The notes below the pieces were generated by a model. It worked only from the letters and a program-made list of their open reading frames with translations. It did not search any database and was not told where the DNA came from. From the IMG/VR virus record IMGVR_UViG_3300031998_000001, positions 109,064-173,063 of that record: a stretch of DNA of 64,000 bases. One strand, 5' to 3'. This DNA is from a virus. Its lineage: Duplodnaviria; Heunggongvirae; Uroviricota; Caudoviricetes. Each line of letters opens with the position of its first letter. Position 1 is the stretch's first letter. Positions 45,579-55,128 of this stretch are shown here, piece by piece. The position numbers were made by a program, and so were the translations under genes.

Positions 45579-46421
45579 ATGAACACGGAGAATGAACTCG
45601 TATATGCAAGCAAGCACGACCTCGAAGGGAAGGTCGGGGAGGTCGTAGTCGAGAGGTACGGCGGGAAGAAGGCGTACATCGGCAACGACAAGGTGATATT
45701 CGTGGCGTATCGGAACAACATATACAAGGGGGTGTTCGGGAACGACCCGCTCTCGCTTGTAACGCCTATGACCACATTCACCCTCGACAGCCAAGAAGAG
45801 GTCGATATGTTCAACAAGTTGCAGGAGTATGTGAAGGCTAACGGCAAGCCGTACCACGAGACAATCATACTCGAAAGGGAGGACGAACGCTACAAGGACA
45901 ACAGGGGCGGGGTGCTCCTTGACGAGCAACTCGGATGGTCTTTCGGGGCTGACTTGGACGGGGAGGTATGCGAACTCTACTCCAACCTTCGGGCGATTGA
46001 GGAACTCGAAGCGAAGGGTGCGGTTGACACCCGCTTCGCGAGCAATTCGGAAGCAATAAACTTCTCGATAGGAAGTTCGGAAGCCGACCTGCGTGCAGAG
46101 TACAAGAGGCAGAGGCTCGAACGGGGCTTCGATGATACGGAGATTTGGAATCTCGACTACACATTCGCGAAATTCGTGCTTCCGAGGCTCAAACGCTTCA
46201 AGGAGGTAAATCAGGGATACCCCGCGACAATAACATACGATGTGTGGGACGAATACCTCGACAAGATGATATACGCATTCGAGAACATAGACTATGACGA
46301 CAAGTCGTACGATGGTGTCGAATGGTTCGATATGCCGCAGGAGGCGCGTGATGCGGTCGTGGAGAAGGTCAACGAAGGTCTTGACCTGTTCCGCAGGCAC
46401 TACTTCTCGCTGTGGTGGTGA
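45579..46421 (+). CDS. hypothetical protein
   Basis: ORF. Confidence 0.5.
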   Translation: MNTENELVYASKHDLEGKVGEVVVERYGGKKAYIGNDKVIFVAYRNNIYKGVFGNDPLSLVTPMTTFTLDSQEEVDMFNKLQEYVKANGKPYHETIILEREDERYKDNRGGVLLDEQLGWSFGADLDGEVCELYSNLRAIEELEAKGAVDTRFASNSEAINFSIGSSEADLRAEYKRQRLERGFDDTEIWNLDYTFAKFVLPRLKRFKEVNQGYPATITYDVWDEYLDKMIYAFENIDYDDKSYDGVEWFDMPQEARDAVVEKVNEGLDLFRRHYFSLWW

Positions 46422-46449
46422 TGCACACTTAATTCATTCCATATCTTTT

Positions 46450-46491
46450 GCCCGCCCGAAAGGAACTCAATCCGACTGGGCGGGCTTTTTG
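46450..46491 (+). terminator. rho-independent terminator
   Basis: GCCCGCCC..(20-nt loop)..GGGCGGGC followed by TTTTT. Confidence 0.55.
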
Positions 46492-46533
46492 CTGTCTTAT
46501 AAATAATCTATATATAACATAATTTAAGGAACT

Positions 46534-47733
46534 ATGTATATCGCACCGTCGGATGTATTCATATTCGAGAACTACGGGGACGACCTGTTGAGGCTCACCC
46601 CCGAAACAAAGGGCGCACTCCTCCGCTGTGACAGGCGTTTCCACAAGTTGATGGAGGAGTATGAGAGGGAACACGTGCATTTCGCAAATGTGAAGAATGT
46701 CCGTTCCGAGATAGACAAGTACCTTGAAGCGAGGAAGAAGGGCAAGAGCCACAGGTTGAGGCTCGAATACGAGGACAGCAAGTTCTCGGACGACAAGTGG
46801 TGCGACGGGATGATTGGGAAACTCGGAGAACTCAAGAACGATTTGATAACCGTTGACTGCTACCTCACGAAGTTCTACATATACAGGATTGACCGAACGA
46901 TAGACAGCATAATGTTCCTCAACGAATACTCGCACGATGAAAACGCCTTCCCGAAGAACATAAAGCGTCCTTCGGAGAAACTCTACCGCAAGGCACTCGA
47001 ATACCTCGTGAAGTACAAGTACCAGAGCGTACAGGAACTCGCGGACAAGGACGAGGACTACAGGAGGGTGTTCACCCCAGAGGAGAGCAGGAAGCGTTTA
47101 CAGAAAATCATCGACAAACTCGGCTACGGCTGGAAGGTCATCATAGACGACAATATGGTTCCGAGAATGAGCGTGAGACCGTATCGGGAGTTCAGGATAA
47201 ATGCGAAAAACAACTTCAGCGAGGTTGACCTCCGCTCCCTCGAAGTCCACGAGATAGAAGTCCACACGGCTCGCAAGGCGAATGCGTTGAAAACAGGGCT
47301 GTACCTGTTCCTATACGGGCTTGAGGGGGACAACATATATGACGAGGGGCTTGCAATCTACAACTCCCTCAACAAGGCGGAGAAGCCGAAGCCGAACATA
47401 ATCTTCTTCATAGCGATAAAGATTGCCATACTCTACAACCTCTACATTATGGACACGGACGCTCTGTACGAGATGCTACTCGGCTTGACCGAAGCACCAG
47501 AGGAGGTCGTGGTGTACGCAATCATAAGGGCGATGAGGGTGTTCTCGTTCACGACGACCGAGACGGCATACACGGACACCGACTACCTTGACGGGTACGA
47601 GAGGGTTAAGGAGATGGACTCGGCACTCAAGAAAGACCTCCTGCTCTACACGATAGGACCCGACCAGTTGTATGAACTCCCGATAATAAAGAAGTTTATG
47701 CAGGTAAACAAGTTCAAGCCTCTGGAGGTGTAG
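46534..47733 (+). CDS. DUF1704/QEGLA-motif (MATCAP-like) putative metallo-carboxypeptidase
   Basis: HEIEVH (HExxxH spacing), then DEGLA about 30 residues later. Size about 400 aa is typical of the family. Confidence 0.4.
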   Translation: MYIAPSDVFIFENYGDDLLRLTPETKGALLRCDRRFHKLMEEYEREHVHFANVKNVRSEIDKYLEARKKGKSHRLRLEYEDSKFSDDKWCDGMIGKLGELKNDLITVDCYLTKFYIYRIDRTIDSIMFLNEYSHDENAFPKNIKRPSEKLYRKALEYLVKYKYQSVQELADKDEDYRRVFTPEESRKRLQKIIDKLGYGWKVIIDDNMVPRMSVRPYREFRINAKNNFSEVDLRSLEVHEIEVHTARKANALKTGLYLFLYGLEGDNIYDEGLAIYNSLNKAEKPKPNIIFFIAIKIAILYNLYIMDTDALYEMLLGLTEAPEEVVVYAIIRAMRVFSFTTTETAYTDTDYLDGYERVKEMDSALKKDLLLYTIGPDQLYELPIIKKFMQVNKFKPLEV

Positions 47734-47752
47734 GAATATAAAAATCAATTTT

Positions 47753-47818
47753 AAACGGAATTATCCCTTTTAGTCTTGTAGTCGTCATCCCGATATAACG
47801 GCATACCGTCATAACGAA
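47753..47818 (+). repeat. left terminal inverted repeat
   Basis: AAACGGAATTATCCCTTTTAGTCTTGTAGTCGTCATCCCGATATAACGGCATACCGTCATAACGA. Confidence 0.65.
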
Positions 47819-47894
47819 TTTTCTGCTACTCGCAGAATTTACACCTGCATTATTATAGTCCCTACCTTTGCGATGTAACCAAAGGCAACGGACT

Positions 47895-48827
47895 ATGAAC
47901 CAGTTTGAATTTTTTGAGAAGTTTCCTACGGAGGACGACGCAATCGACTTCATCGTGGAAACGAAGTACAGGGACGGATATGTCTGCCCCAAGTGCGGAT
48001 GCGTGCATCACAAAATCTATCATCAGAAGTACAACCGCAGAAATCTTTATTGCAACAACTGCAAGAGCGAGTTCTCGGCATTGTCTGGAACTATCTTTGA
48101 ACACACCCATCTTGACCTGCGTATGTGGCTCTTTGCAATAAACTTGGTGCTTATTGCACGCAAGGGCATAAGCGGATTGCAGTTGCAAAGGGAACTCGGT
48201 ATGGTGTCCTACAAGGGTGCTTTCCGTATGCTCAAACTGATAAGGCAAGCGATGGGGACGGAAGCCCATAAAGATACATTCGAGGCAATCGTTGAAATAG
48301 ATGAAACCTATGTCGGTGGGAAGCCACGCAAGGAAAACAGACACAAGGGCAAGGTGTCCAAAAAGTCAAAGCGAGGACGAGGAACAAGCAAGACACCAGT
48401 CGTGGGCGTGGTCGAACGCAGTAGCGGGCGCATATACGCCAAAGTTGCACTGCCGAACAAGGAAGGCAAGAAGTTAAGCGGAAAGCAACTGCTGTCCATA
48501 CTGGACGAGGTGTGCAAGTCGAACACTACCGTTATGACCGACCAGTTGAGCAGTTACGGGATTCTGGACGGCAAGACCGACAGGAAGTACATACACATAA
48601 AGATTGACCATAGTATGACTTATTCGCTTGGGGACGGCAAGCATACGAACACCATCGAATCCTGCTGGGCGATATTGAAGCGCGGTGTATATGGTATCTA
48701 CCACCACATATCAACAAGGCACTTGCAGGAGTATGTGGACGAGTTCTGCTACCGCCTTAACCACCGCCAGCCCGATGATGCTTGGAAGCATCTGGTCGGG
48801 CTGGGGATAGGGTGTATGGCGGTGTGA
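47895..48827 (+). CDS. IS1595-family (ISXO2-like) DDE transposase
   Basis: N-terminal transposase zinc-ribbon (FPTEDDAIDFIVETKYRDGYVCPKCGC...CNNC). DDE_Tnp_IS1595-like core (IDETYVGG...MTDQLSSY...HTNTIESCW). Confidence 0.8.
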   Translation: MNQFEFFEKFPTEDDAIDFIVETKYRDGYVCPKCGCVHHKIYHQKYNRRNLYCNNCKSEFSALSGTIFEHTHLDLRMWLFAINLVLIARKGISGLQLQRELGMVSYKGAFRMLKLIRQAMGTEAHKDTFEAIVEIDETYVGGKPRKENRHKGKVSKKSKRGRGTSKTPVVGVVERSSGRIYAKVALPNKEGKKLSGKQLLSILDEVCKSNTTVMTDQLSSYGILDGKTDRKYIHIKIDHSMTYSLGDGKHTNTIESCWAILKRGVYGIYHHISTRHLQEYVDEFCYRLNHRQPDDAWKHLVGLGIGCMAV

Positions 48828-48830
48828 CTA

Positions 48831-49697
48831 TTATTTGCTGAAATCAACAAAGTTTCTTATTTCTTCCGCCCATTGCTTATATTGGGAATTGTCGAAGTGC
48901 TCGCCGTTCTTCATAGTGTAGAACACATTTCGATTCGTGTTTTTCAAAAACTTTCCACTTTCAACGATTTCGATGAACTGTTCAGCGTTTATCTTTTCTA
49001 AAATTTTGTCAATGAAAAACCATTTGACAAAATCGGTAGAACACGGTAACAATCCAGAAATATCAGTAAAGGCATAATCATAACATTCTTTAAAAAGAGT
49101 CGTGTCTGAATGATTTGGCAATGTTTCATATACGGCAACAAGTCCTTCTACTGTCATAGAATACTTGTTATAGTCATTATAAGAATCAAGTTGGTTTCTC
49201 AATATATCTTTTAACGAATATTTTTTATTAGGGTCTAAATCAAAATCCTCATATCCGTCATCATATTGACCATCTTCAATCGCTCCTTCTGCTTCATTGA
49301 TTGCCCTGAAGCCTCTGCGCGAAGCACGGCTTTCGATTGTGCGTCCCGACAATAACTGTCTGACATAACTCATAACGGGTGTCAAGTCAACTATCCAACT
49401 TCCCCAACTGCCTTCTTCCTCTTGTTTTATATCCATCATATAGTAAACACCGTCTTTTTCGTAAATTTCAGTATCACCATCGGAAAAATCGTAAATGTGC
49501 GTATAACCCTCGTTTTTCAAATAATTTAACACATCATTCCAAGTGTCACCCATAAGTTCCCAAAATGAATCGTCTGTATTTTTATGCAAACCATTAACAC
49601 CATCGGCATAATAAGTTTGAAGTTTATTTTCAGCGGGAGATGTATATACCTCGTTAACTTTCATTTCGTTTAATCTTCTAATATGTACCATATTCAA
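48831..49697 (-). CDS. cargo gene, hypothetical (288 aa), AT-rich
   Basis: Minus-strand ORF inside the IR-bounded unit. Confidence 0.5.
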   Translation of the reverse strand: MNMVHIRRLNEMKVNEVYTSPAENKLQTYYADGVNGLHKNTDDSFWELMGDTWNDVLNYLKNEGYTHIYDFSDGDTEIYEKDGVYYMMDIKQEEEGSWGSWIVDLTPVMSYVRQLLSGRTIESRASRRGFRAINEAEGAIEDGQYDDGYEDFDLDPNKKYSLKDILRNQLDSYNDYNKYSMTVEGLVAVYETLPNHSDTTLFKECYDYAFTDISGLLPCSTDFVKWFFIDKILEKINAEQFIEIVESGKFLKNTNRNVFYTMKNGEHFDNSQYKQWAEEIRNFVDFSK

Positions 49698-49812
49698 ATC
49701 AATTATATTATTCTACTATTATTTATATTTTGTGCTTCCGCTGGGATTTGTTACCTTTGCCGATGAAAAGATGGAAAGTTTCCAATATATTATATAGTAA
49801 ATAATTCCGACT

Positions 49813-50289
49813 ATGAAGTACAAGAATATGGAAGTTGAATACATAACGAAGGACAACTTGCCGAAAGTCGCGGAACTGCTTGGCGACGAATCGCTGCTTG
49901 CCTACGATGACATCTGCTTTGAGCATAGTATGTACAGTATGAATAAAAAAGGTGAAATAACATCGGTAGTCATATTACGCCGAAATTCGTTGTTTGACTA
50001 TTATGGCGGGGAGATTCCAGACGACATAAATTTCGATGAACACAAGGATGTTATCAGGCAGAGTTTGAATGATTTGTACCCAGATGGCAATGTCCATTAT
50101 GAAATGGTCTGTTGCTATATGAAAAGCAGAAATTATTTCATTCATATCCACGAACTCTATAATTTGATTGGCATTCTGCCAACGGGAATAGTCTGGTGTA
50201 AATATCAAATGGACAAAGAATTTCCGTTACATTGCGTATTTTATAACTTTAACAATGACATTTGGATTCATTTGAGTATCGAGGATTGA
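49813..50289 (+). CDS. cargo gene, hypothetical (158 aa)
   Basis: ORF inside the unit, preceded by a promoter-cassette-like variant. Confidence 0.45.
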   Translation: MKYKNMEVEYITKDNLPKVAELLGDESLLAYDDICFEHSMYSMNKKGEITSVVILRRNSLFDYYGGEIPDDINFDEHKDVIRQSLNDLYPDGNVHYEMVCCYMKSRNYFIHIHELYNLIGILPTGIVWCKYQMDKEFPLHCVFYNFNNDIWIHLSIED

Positions 50290-50333
50290 TACTATAATAT
50301 CCATATAAATATTACATAAGATATTTGTAATGG

Positions 50334-51023
50334 ATGAAACGACTTAATTTTTCAAAAGTAGAACCATACGCCGTTGCTGATTGGATAGAAAGCAATAAAA
50401 ACGGTAATCGACTTGACTATATCAAAGGGAAGGAAGATACAAAAGAGGTAATCAGAAGACTGGGAAGATTGCCGTATGGTATGTTTAATGATATTGAGAA
50501 ACTGAAGGGGTGGTTTCTAAAGAACTTGGAAATGAGAGCGGCACAAACCAATTCATTGTATCGTGCATTTCTTTCTATAAAGAATGACAAAATCATTAAC
50601 TTGAGGGTTGCCGACCATTTTTCGACAATGAACTCCGCTACAAAGGCATTTGGATTATATGGCAAATCGGATTACGAATACCACATTTCCCCAGAACAGT
50701 CGGGAAATGCAAATGGCGATAGCATTGATGACGATTGCATTATTAACTATAAAGGGAAACGCATTGAAATAATCGTTGCGACAATTTGGTTGGATGAATT
50801 TATTGTAGATGGAAACGAAAACTGCAAAAAGATAATAGACGACTTAATATTTCTGCTTCAAAAAGGTCGAAAGCGCAATAGTACACAAGAGAATTTTACA
50901 TTTGTGGTTTCAAATGGGGATGTTTTTGAAAATGCAAATGTATATAATATAGCCAAATTGAACACGAATCACATTTTAACCATTGACGAATTTCTTGCGG
51001 AAAGTAGTAATGATGGATTGTGA
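50334..51023 (+). CDS. cargo gene, hypothetical (229 aa)
   Basis: ORF inside the unit. Confidence 0.45.
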   Translation: MKRLNFSKVEPYAVADWIESNKNGNRLDYIKGKEDTKEVIRRLGRLPYGMFNDIEKLKGWFLKNLEMRAAQTNSLYRAFLSIKNDKIINLRVADHFSTMNSATKAFGLYGKSDYEYHISPEQSGNANGDSIDDDCIINYKGKRIEIIVATIWLDEFIVDGNENCKKIIDDLIFLLQKGRKRNSTQENFTFVVSNGDVFENANVYNIAKLNTNHILTIDEFLAESSNDGL

Positions 51024-51081
51024 TAATCCCAGCCTATGACATTCCGTCCTACCCCGATTTGCGGTGGGCGAGTACACCATA

Positions 51082-51148
51082 TCGTTATGACGGTATTCCG
51101 TTATGTCGGGATGTCGGCTACAAGACTAAAAGGGATAATTCCGATTTT
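51082..51148 (-). repeat. right terminal inverted repeat
   Basis: TCGTTATGACGGTATTCCGTTATGTCGGGATGTCGGCTACAAGACTAAAAGGGATAATTCCGATTTT is the reverse complement of the left IR. Confidence 0.65.
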
Positions 51149-51154
51149 AAATAT

Positions 51155-51183
51155 GAAAAAGCCCGATATGAAATCGGGCTTGC
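51155..51183 (-). terminator. terminator for minus-strand gene 51235-51768
   Basis: On the minus strand: CAAGCCCGATTTCATATCGGGCTTTTTCATATTT. Confidence 0.55.
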
Positions 51184-51234
51184 AAGTGTCGCCCTGACGA
51201 CACCGTAACTCCTTCTACATCTTGGTAGGCGAGC

Positions 51235-51768
51235 CTATTTCTTCACATTCTCCGTGTAGTTCCTGAAGAACTCCTGACGATAGACCTCCCCGTAGTAGCC
51301 CTCTTTCGCCATAACAGCGAGTGCCTTGCTGCCAGTCCACTCTCCGAGCACGGCATAGTTCCTGTCGGAGAGGTCGTCATTGAGGGCGAGTTCGAGGGTT
51401 ATATCGACATACACCCCGTCAACCTTGTTGAAGGCGTGCTCTATCGGAAGCCCGAACACCGTAACGAAGCCCTCGCAGTAGAGTATCTCCCTGCCGAGTT
51501 CACCGAGCCTTGACGAGAAGTGGAATGCGTTTTCATAGCAAGCCTTCTGCTTCGGGTGAACCGCACGCCTTATGCGCCCTATCTCGTCCTCCGTGAATAT
51601 TTCCCGCAGGGGGTGTACGACCACTGGCTTGATGTCCTTGAGCATCTGGGAGTAGTAGTCCTTGCCAGCCCCGCTCGATATGCTGGCTATCTCGGAGACA
51701 TACCTTACAATCGGGTTATCTCCGCCCGCGCTTTCAAGAAGCCTGTATTCGTTGTATTTCCTGACCAT
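51235..51768 (-). CDS. hypothetical protein
   Basis: First gene of the minus-strand block. Confidence 0.5.
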   Translation of the reverse strand: MVRKYNEYRLLESAGGDNPIVRYVSEIASISSGAGKDYYSQMLKDIKPVVVHPLREIFTEDEIGRIRRAVHPKQKACYENAFHFSSRLGELGREILYCEGFVTVFGLPIEHAFNKVDGVYVDITLELALNDDLSDRNYAVLGEWTGSKALAVMAKEGYYGEVYRQEFFRNYTENVKK

Positions 51769-51788
51769 ACCCGTCCTGTCCTATTATC

Positions 51789-52532
51789 CTACATTTCGTC
51801 CATATAGCAGTTGAGGGACGGATTCCATACCCTTGTTCCGCTCACCTTTCCCTTCGGTGCATTGTTCACCGCCACAGCCTTCTTCGTTTCGGGCTTGACC
51901 TCCTCCGCAGGTGTTTCTGGCTCTGGTTCGGGTGTCGCTTCGGGTGTCGGCTCTGGCAATGGCACTTCGGCTGGTGCTTCGGCTTCCACCTCCGCTTCGG
52001 GAACTGGCTCTGGCTCTGGTTCGGGCAGAGGCTCTGCAATCGGCTCTTCCGCCACCTTGTCCTTCTTCGGCTGTAACACATTGACCATAGTCCTTACGAA
52101 GCCGAGCGCGACAAGAGGAAGTATCGCGCCAGATATGCAGGCGAGCACCCGCTTCTGCGCAATCGGTTCGAGTTCCTCAAGCCCGAAGAGTTCTATCCAG
52201 CCCTGAAAGTTGTCGAGGGCGGAGTAGGCTGCGTATGTGTTGCCCATCATCTGGAAGAGGGTAAGCAACACGAACATAAGCCAGACGAGTGCCTGCTTCT
52301 CCTTCGGAAGTATGAGCGTGCTCAATAGGCAGCACATCGCACCGAGTTCAAAGCCTATGGCAAGCACCCAAGACATAGTTCCTGCGTGCGCAAGGCGGAA
52401 GAACTCCACCGAGCAGATAAGGCTTATGCACGCCACGAGGACATAGAGAAGCCCGAAAGCCGAGCAACTCACATACTTTATTATGTTATGCCTGTCAATC
52501 TTCATAGTTGTATTTGTTAAAGTTAGACACAT
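51789..52532 (-). CDS. polytopic membrane protein with Pro/Glu-rich tail
   Basis: Four or more hydrophobic helices, then PEPEPEPVPEAEVEAEAPAEVPLPEPTPEATPEPEPETPAEE. Confidence 0.55.
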   Translation of the reverse strand: MCLTLTNTTMKIDRHNIIKYVSCSAFGLLYVLVACISLICSVEFFRLAHAGTMSWVLAIGFELGAMCCLLSTLILPKEKQALVWLMFVLLTLFQMMGNTYAAYSALDNFQGWIELFGLEELEPIAQKRVLACISGAILPLVALGFVRTMVNVLQPKKDKVAEEPIAEPLPEPEPEPVPEAEVEAEAPAEVPLPEPTPEATPEPEPETPAEEVKPETKKAVAVNNAPKGKVSGTRVWNPSLNCYMDEM

Positions 52533-52609
52533 TATTTATATGAGTGCGGAAAGGCGGGCACGGGGACAATCCCCAGCCCGCCTTGCGAGTATCGGAAAAG
52601 AGTTGCACA

Positions 52610-53596
52610 TTAGTCGCACCCGTTCTCGCGGAGAGTATCGCCGAAACGCCTTATGATGCGTTCCATAGTAGCGACGCAATCGTGCAACGGACGGATTTTG
52701 TTCTCCATTAAGAGTGTTTCCATCTTATCAAATTGGAGCCCAATGTTTCGGTACATTTCCGAAACAGCAGTGTATATCGCCTTCTGTGTCGGTGTCAAGC
52801 CCTTCTCCCTGTCCTTCTCGGCTTCATCCCAGTCATATCGGGTTTCATAGTAAACGAGGTTGAACACTGGATTGTTTTCGGTGTTGTAGTCGGCATCTGT
52901 CGAATACTCCGTGAGGTCTCCGCTCCAGTCATCGTACACATCCTCATAATTTCTTCTTACCGCCGCTATCTTGTTGTACTTGCCAGATACGGACACTATG
53001 ACCTCCGTGGTGTACTTGTCTGGTATCACACGCCTTTCGACCTCCTGCGGCTCTATCGGGGTGTCGCCTCCGTTGTAGTCGTTGAACCTGCCCGCGATGT
53101 ACGCCACCGTCGGGTATGTCGGGTTGAAGTTTACGCTCTTCCAGACGTTGAAAGGCTCTTCTCCGTGGGCGGTTCTCCATTGGTTTATTGCATCTAACGA
53201 TTGTGCATCATCCCAGCCTTTGTATGTTCGGTTGCACTCCACATACGAGTACAACTGGTATTCATTGTCAAAATCCGAGATGTTTCCGTTGCTATACTTT
53301 TTCATAGTATCAGCATACTCCCTCCCTTCAATCTTCCAAGCACCGAACAGGTCGGTGGTCATTGTTTCCTGACTGAAACCGCAAAGGTAGGCGAGCATTA
53401 CGAACATTCTTGGGTCGTTACCGACTATTTCGGTCATCGTCAATATCCTCTCCCCGTCAATACCCTTGCTTGAAAGGTAAGCCTTTACTTCATCAAAGCC
53501 CCCCCCCTCTCCGAAAGGAGCAAGTTCATTGTCTATGAACCCATCAAACCTGCCGTTCAGTTCGGCAAGCAGTTCAGATAAACTGTTCATTCCCAT
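52610..53596 (-). CDS. paralogue family E, member 1
   Basis: C-terminus LTPTQKAIYTAV...LHDCVATMERIIRRFGDTLRENG is shared with 53631. Confidence 0.55.
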   Translation of the reverse strand: MGMNSLSELLAELNGRFDGFIDNELAPFGEGGGFDEVKAYLSSKGIDGERILTMTEIVGNDPRMFVMLAYLCGFSQETMTTDLFGAWKIEGREYADTMKKYSNGNISDFDNEYQLYSYVECNRTYKGWDDAQSLDAINQWRTAHGEEPFNVWKSVNFNPTYPTVAYIAGRFNDYNGGDTPIEPQEVERRVIPDKYTTEVIVSVSGKYNKIAAVRRNYEDVYDDWSGDLTEYSTDADYNTENNPVFNLVYYETRYDWDEAEKDREKGLTPTQKAIYTAVSEMYRNIGLQFDKMETLLMENKIRPLHDCVATMERIIRRFGDTLRENGCD

Positions 53597-53630
53597 AATT
53601 AAAAAATCTTATATTATATCAAATTAAATT

Positions 53631-54728
53631 CTAATATACTCCGTTTTCGCGCAATGCGGTTTCGAGCCTGTTCAACGCCATCTGCATAGCCGAGACAGAC
53701 CTGTGGAGCGTGCCGTAGTTCCCGCCAGATAATATGGTTCCCATACCTTTCTCGAACGGTACATTCAGGCTTTCCGCGAAAGAGTTGAACGCATAGTACA
53801 AAGCCTTGCCAGTGGGCGAGAGCCTGTCGAGAGCCTCTTCCTCATAGTCCTTGTAGTATTCCGCGCTCACCACGCATATATGGGGGTTATAATAAAAGGG
53901 AGTATTGAACTTGACATCAAAGGTGAATGTCTTGTCACCCTCTTCAACCCAGTAGTCCATACCCGGCAGTGCCTGATTGCCGTTGTAGTCGCACTCCACG
54001 CTCCGCAGGTAGCAATACTTGGGGGCTACTATGTTCACGGTAATCGGGTTCGGTTCGCTGTTGTCGAAGTACGGCACGAAGTCGGTAAGGAGCACGGAAG
54101 TTTCGGGCGGATAGTCTGGCTGACCGTCTCCGTCCTTGTCATCGATGTTTCCGTTGCTCAAAAGGACATAATCCCTTATCATCGCATCATACTCGTCGAG
54201 CAAGTGTATTCCATCCCTTCCGCAGGAATCCAGATAGTCGTTGACAAAATCAACGGCAGCCAAATTACCAGCCTGCCTGTGTGAAATCGCGTACATCTCG
54301 ACCACATATCTTGGGAACACATATTCCCTGCTTTCGTCGAATGCGAACGATTCGTCTTGGGAGATGCGGTCTGTTATCTCATACAGCCAACCCCAATATT
54401 GCGGCTCTGATTCTGCTGTCTGTGCAAGTCCGACACACAGGGCTTCGAGCATCTGTTCCCAGTTGCCACCGCAGAAAAAGTATAATGACGGGGAATAGTG
54501 GTTTATCATTTCACCGTTGTTCCCAGCGAATACGCTTATCACGGATGGCGGAAAATTCTGTGCGCCATAGAAACTTTGAAGAAACTCCTTTTTGGCTTCT
54601 TCACCGTCATTGTTAGACCAGCGTTCCTGTATGCCGTATTGCTTCGCAAGTTCATTCAGCCTGCGCTCGATGTAATTGTCGTGTGTGCTTTTCCATTGTC
54701 CCAAACAACCAAAGAAATCCATAATCAC
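53631..54728 (-). CDS. paralogue family E, member 2
   Basis: C-terminus LSPTGKALYYAF...LHRSVSAMQMALNRLETALRENG. Confidence 0.55.
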   Translation of the reverse strand: MIMDFFGCLGQWKSTHDNYIERRLNELAKQYGIQERWSNNDGEEAKKEFLQSFYGAQNFPPSVISVFAGNNGEMINHYSPSLYFFCGGNWEQMLEALCVGLAQTAESEPQYWGWLYEITDRISQDESFAFDESREYVFPRYVVEMYAISHRQAGNLAAVDFVNDYLDSCGRDGIHLLDEYDAMIRDYVLLSNGNIDDKDGDGQPDYPPETSVLLTDFVPYFDNSEPNPITVNIVAPKYCYLRSVECDYNGNQALPGMDYWVEEGDKTFTFDVKFNTPFYYNPHICVVSAEYYKDYEEEALDRLSPTGKALYYAFNSFAESLNVPFEKGMGTILSGGNYGTLHRSVSAMQMALNRLETALRENGVY

Positions 54729-54738
54729 AAATATTATA

Positions 54739-55128
54739 TTATATCATTTCATTTTTCCTTGCTTCGAGAAGCCGAAAGGCTGACTCGAAGGCTATGCCGT
54801 GCGCGAACACCCCGACCAGTGCGACCACCCAGCAGGACAGAGCCACACCGAGTGCCGACCAGAGAAGCGCAATCTTCACGGCTTTCATAAAGTGCCAGAA
54901 GTCCGTGAGCCAGACGAGGAATGTCGAACTCCCGAAGAAGCGTTCACCCTTGCCCGCGTCACCGTCCTTCCACTTGTTCCGCCAACTTATTGACGGGTCG
55001 AACCACTGCCTGCGCTTCACATTTCGGAACACGGATGTATCATAGTGGTAAGCCACCGTGTCCTGCATCGCGTCACAGACAACCCAAGCGAGCATAAGCG
55101 CGGATATTGAAACGAGCGTCCAGACCAT
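54739..55128 (-). CDS. small membrane protein (about 129 aa)
   Basis: Start moved to the internal Met MVWTLVSISALMLAWVV. This creates a TAATG overlap with the upstream gene. Confidence 0.4.
   Translation of the reverse strand: MVWTLVSISALMLAWVVCDAMQDTVAYHYDTSVFRNVKRRQWFDPSISWRNKWKDGDAGKGERFFGSSTFLVWLTDFWHFMKAVKIALLWSALGVALSCWVVALVGVFAHGIAFESAFRLLEARKNEMI

Larger units (their letters stand above)
47753..51148 (+). mobile_element. IR-flanked IS1595-family transposon-like unit with about 2.2 kb of AT-rich cargo
   Basis: Terminal inverted repeats of about 65 bp at 47753-47818 and 51082-51148, about 60/65 identical. A transposase gene follows immediately inside the left IR. The cargo at 48.8-51.0 kb is visibly AT-rich compared with the surrounding phage DNA. 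Confidence 0.6.

Noticed and set aside
46534-47733. Canonical HExxH zinc protease
   Set aside because: The motif is HEIEVH. Its spacing is HExxxH, not HExxH, so it is kept only as a DUF1704-like candidate.
47741-51160. Exact target-site duplication flanking the transposon
   Set aside because: The flanks share an AATAT(G)AAAAA-like string, but the IR ends are fuzzy (aattccgttt versus aattccgatttt). I could not define an unambiguous 8-bp direct repeat.
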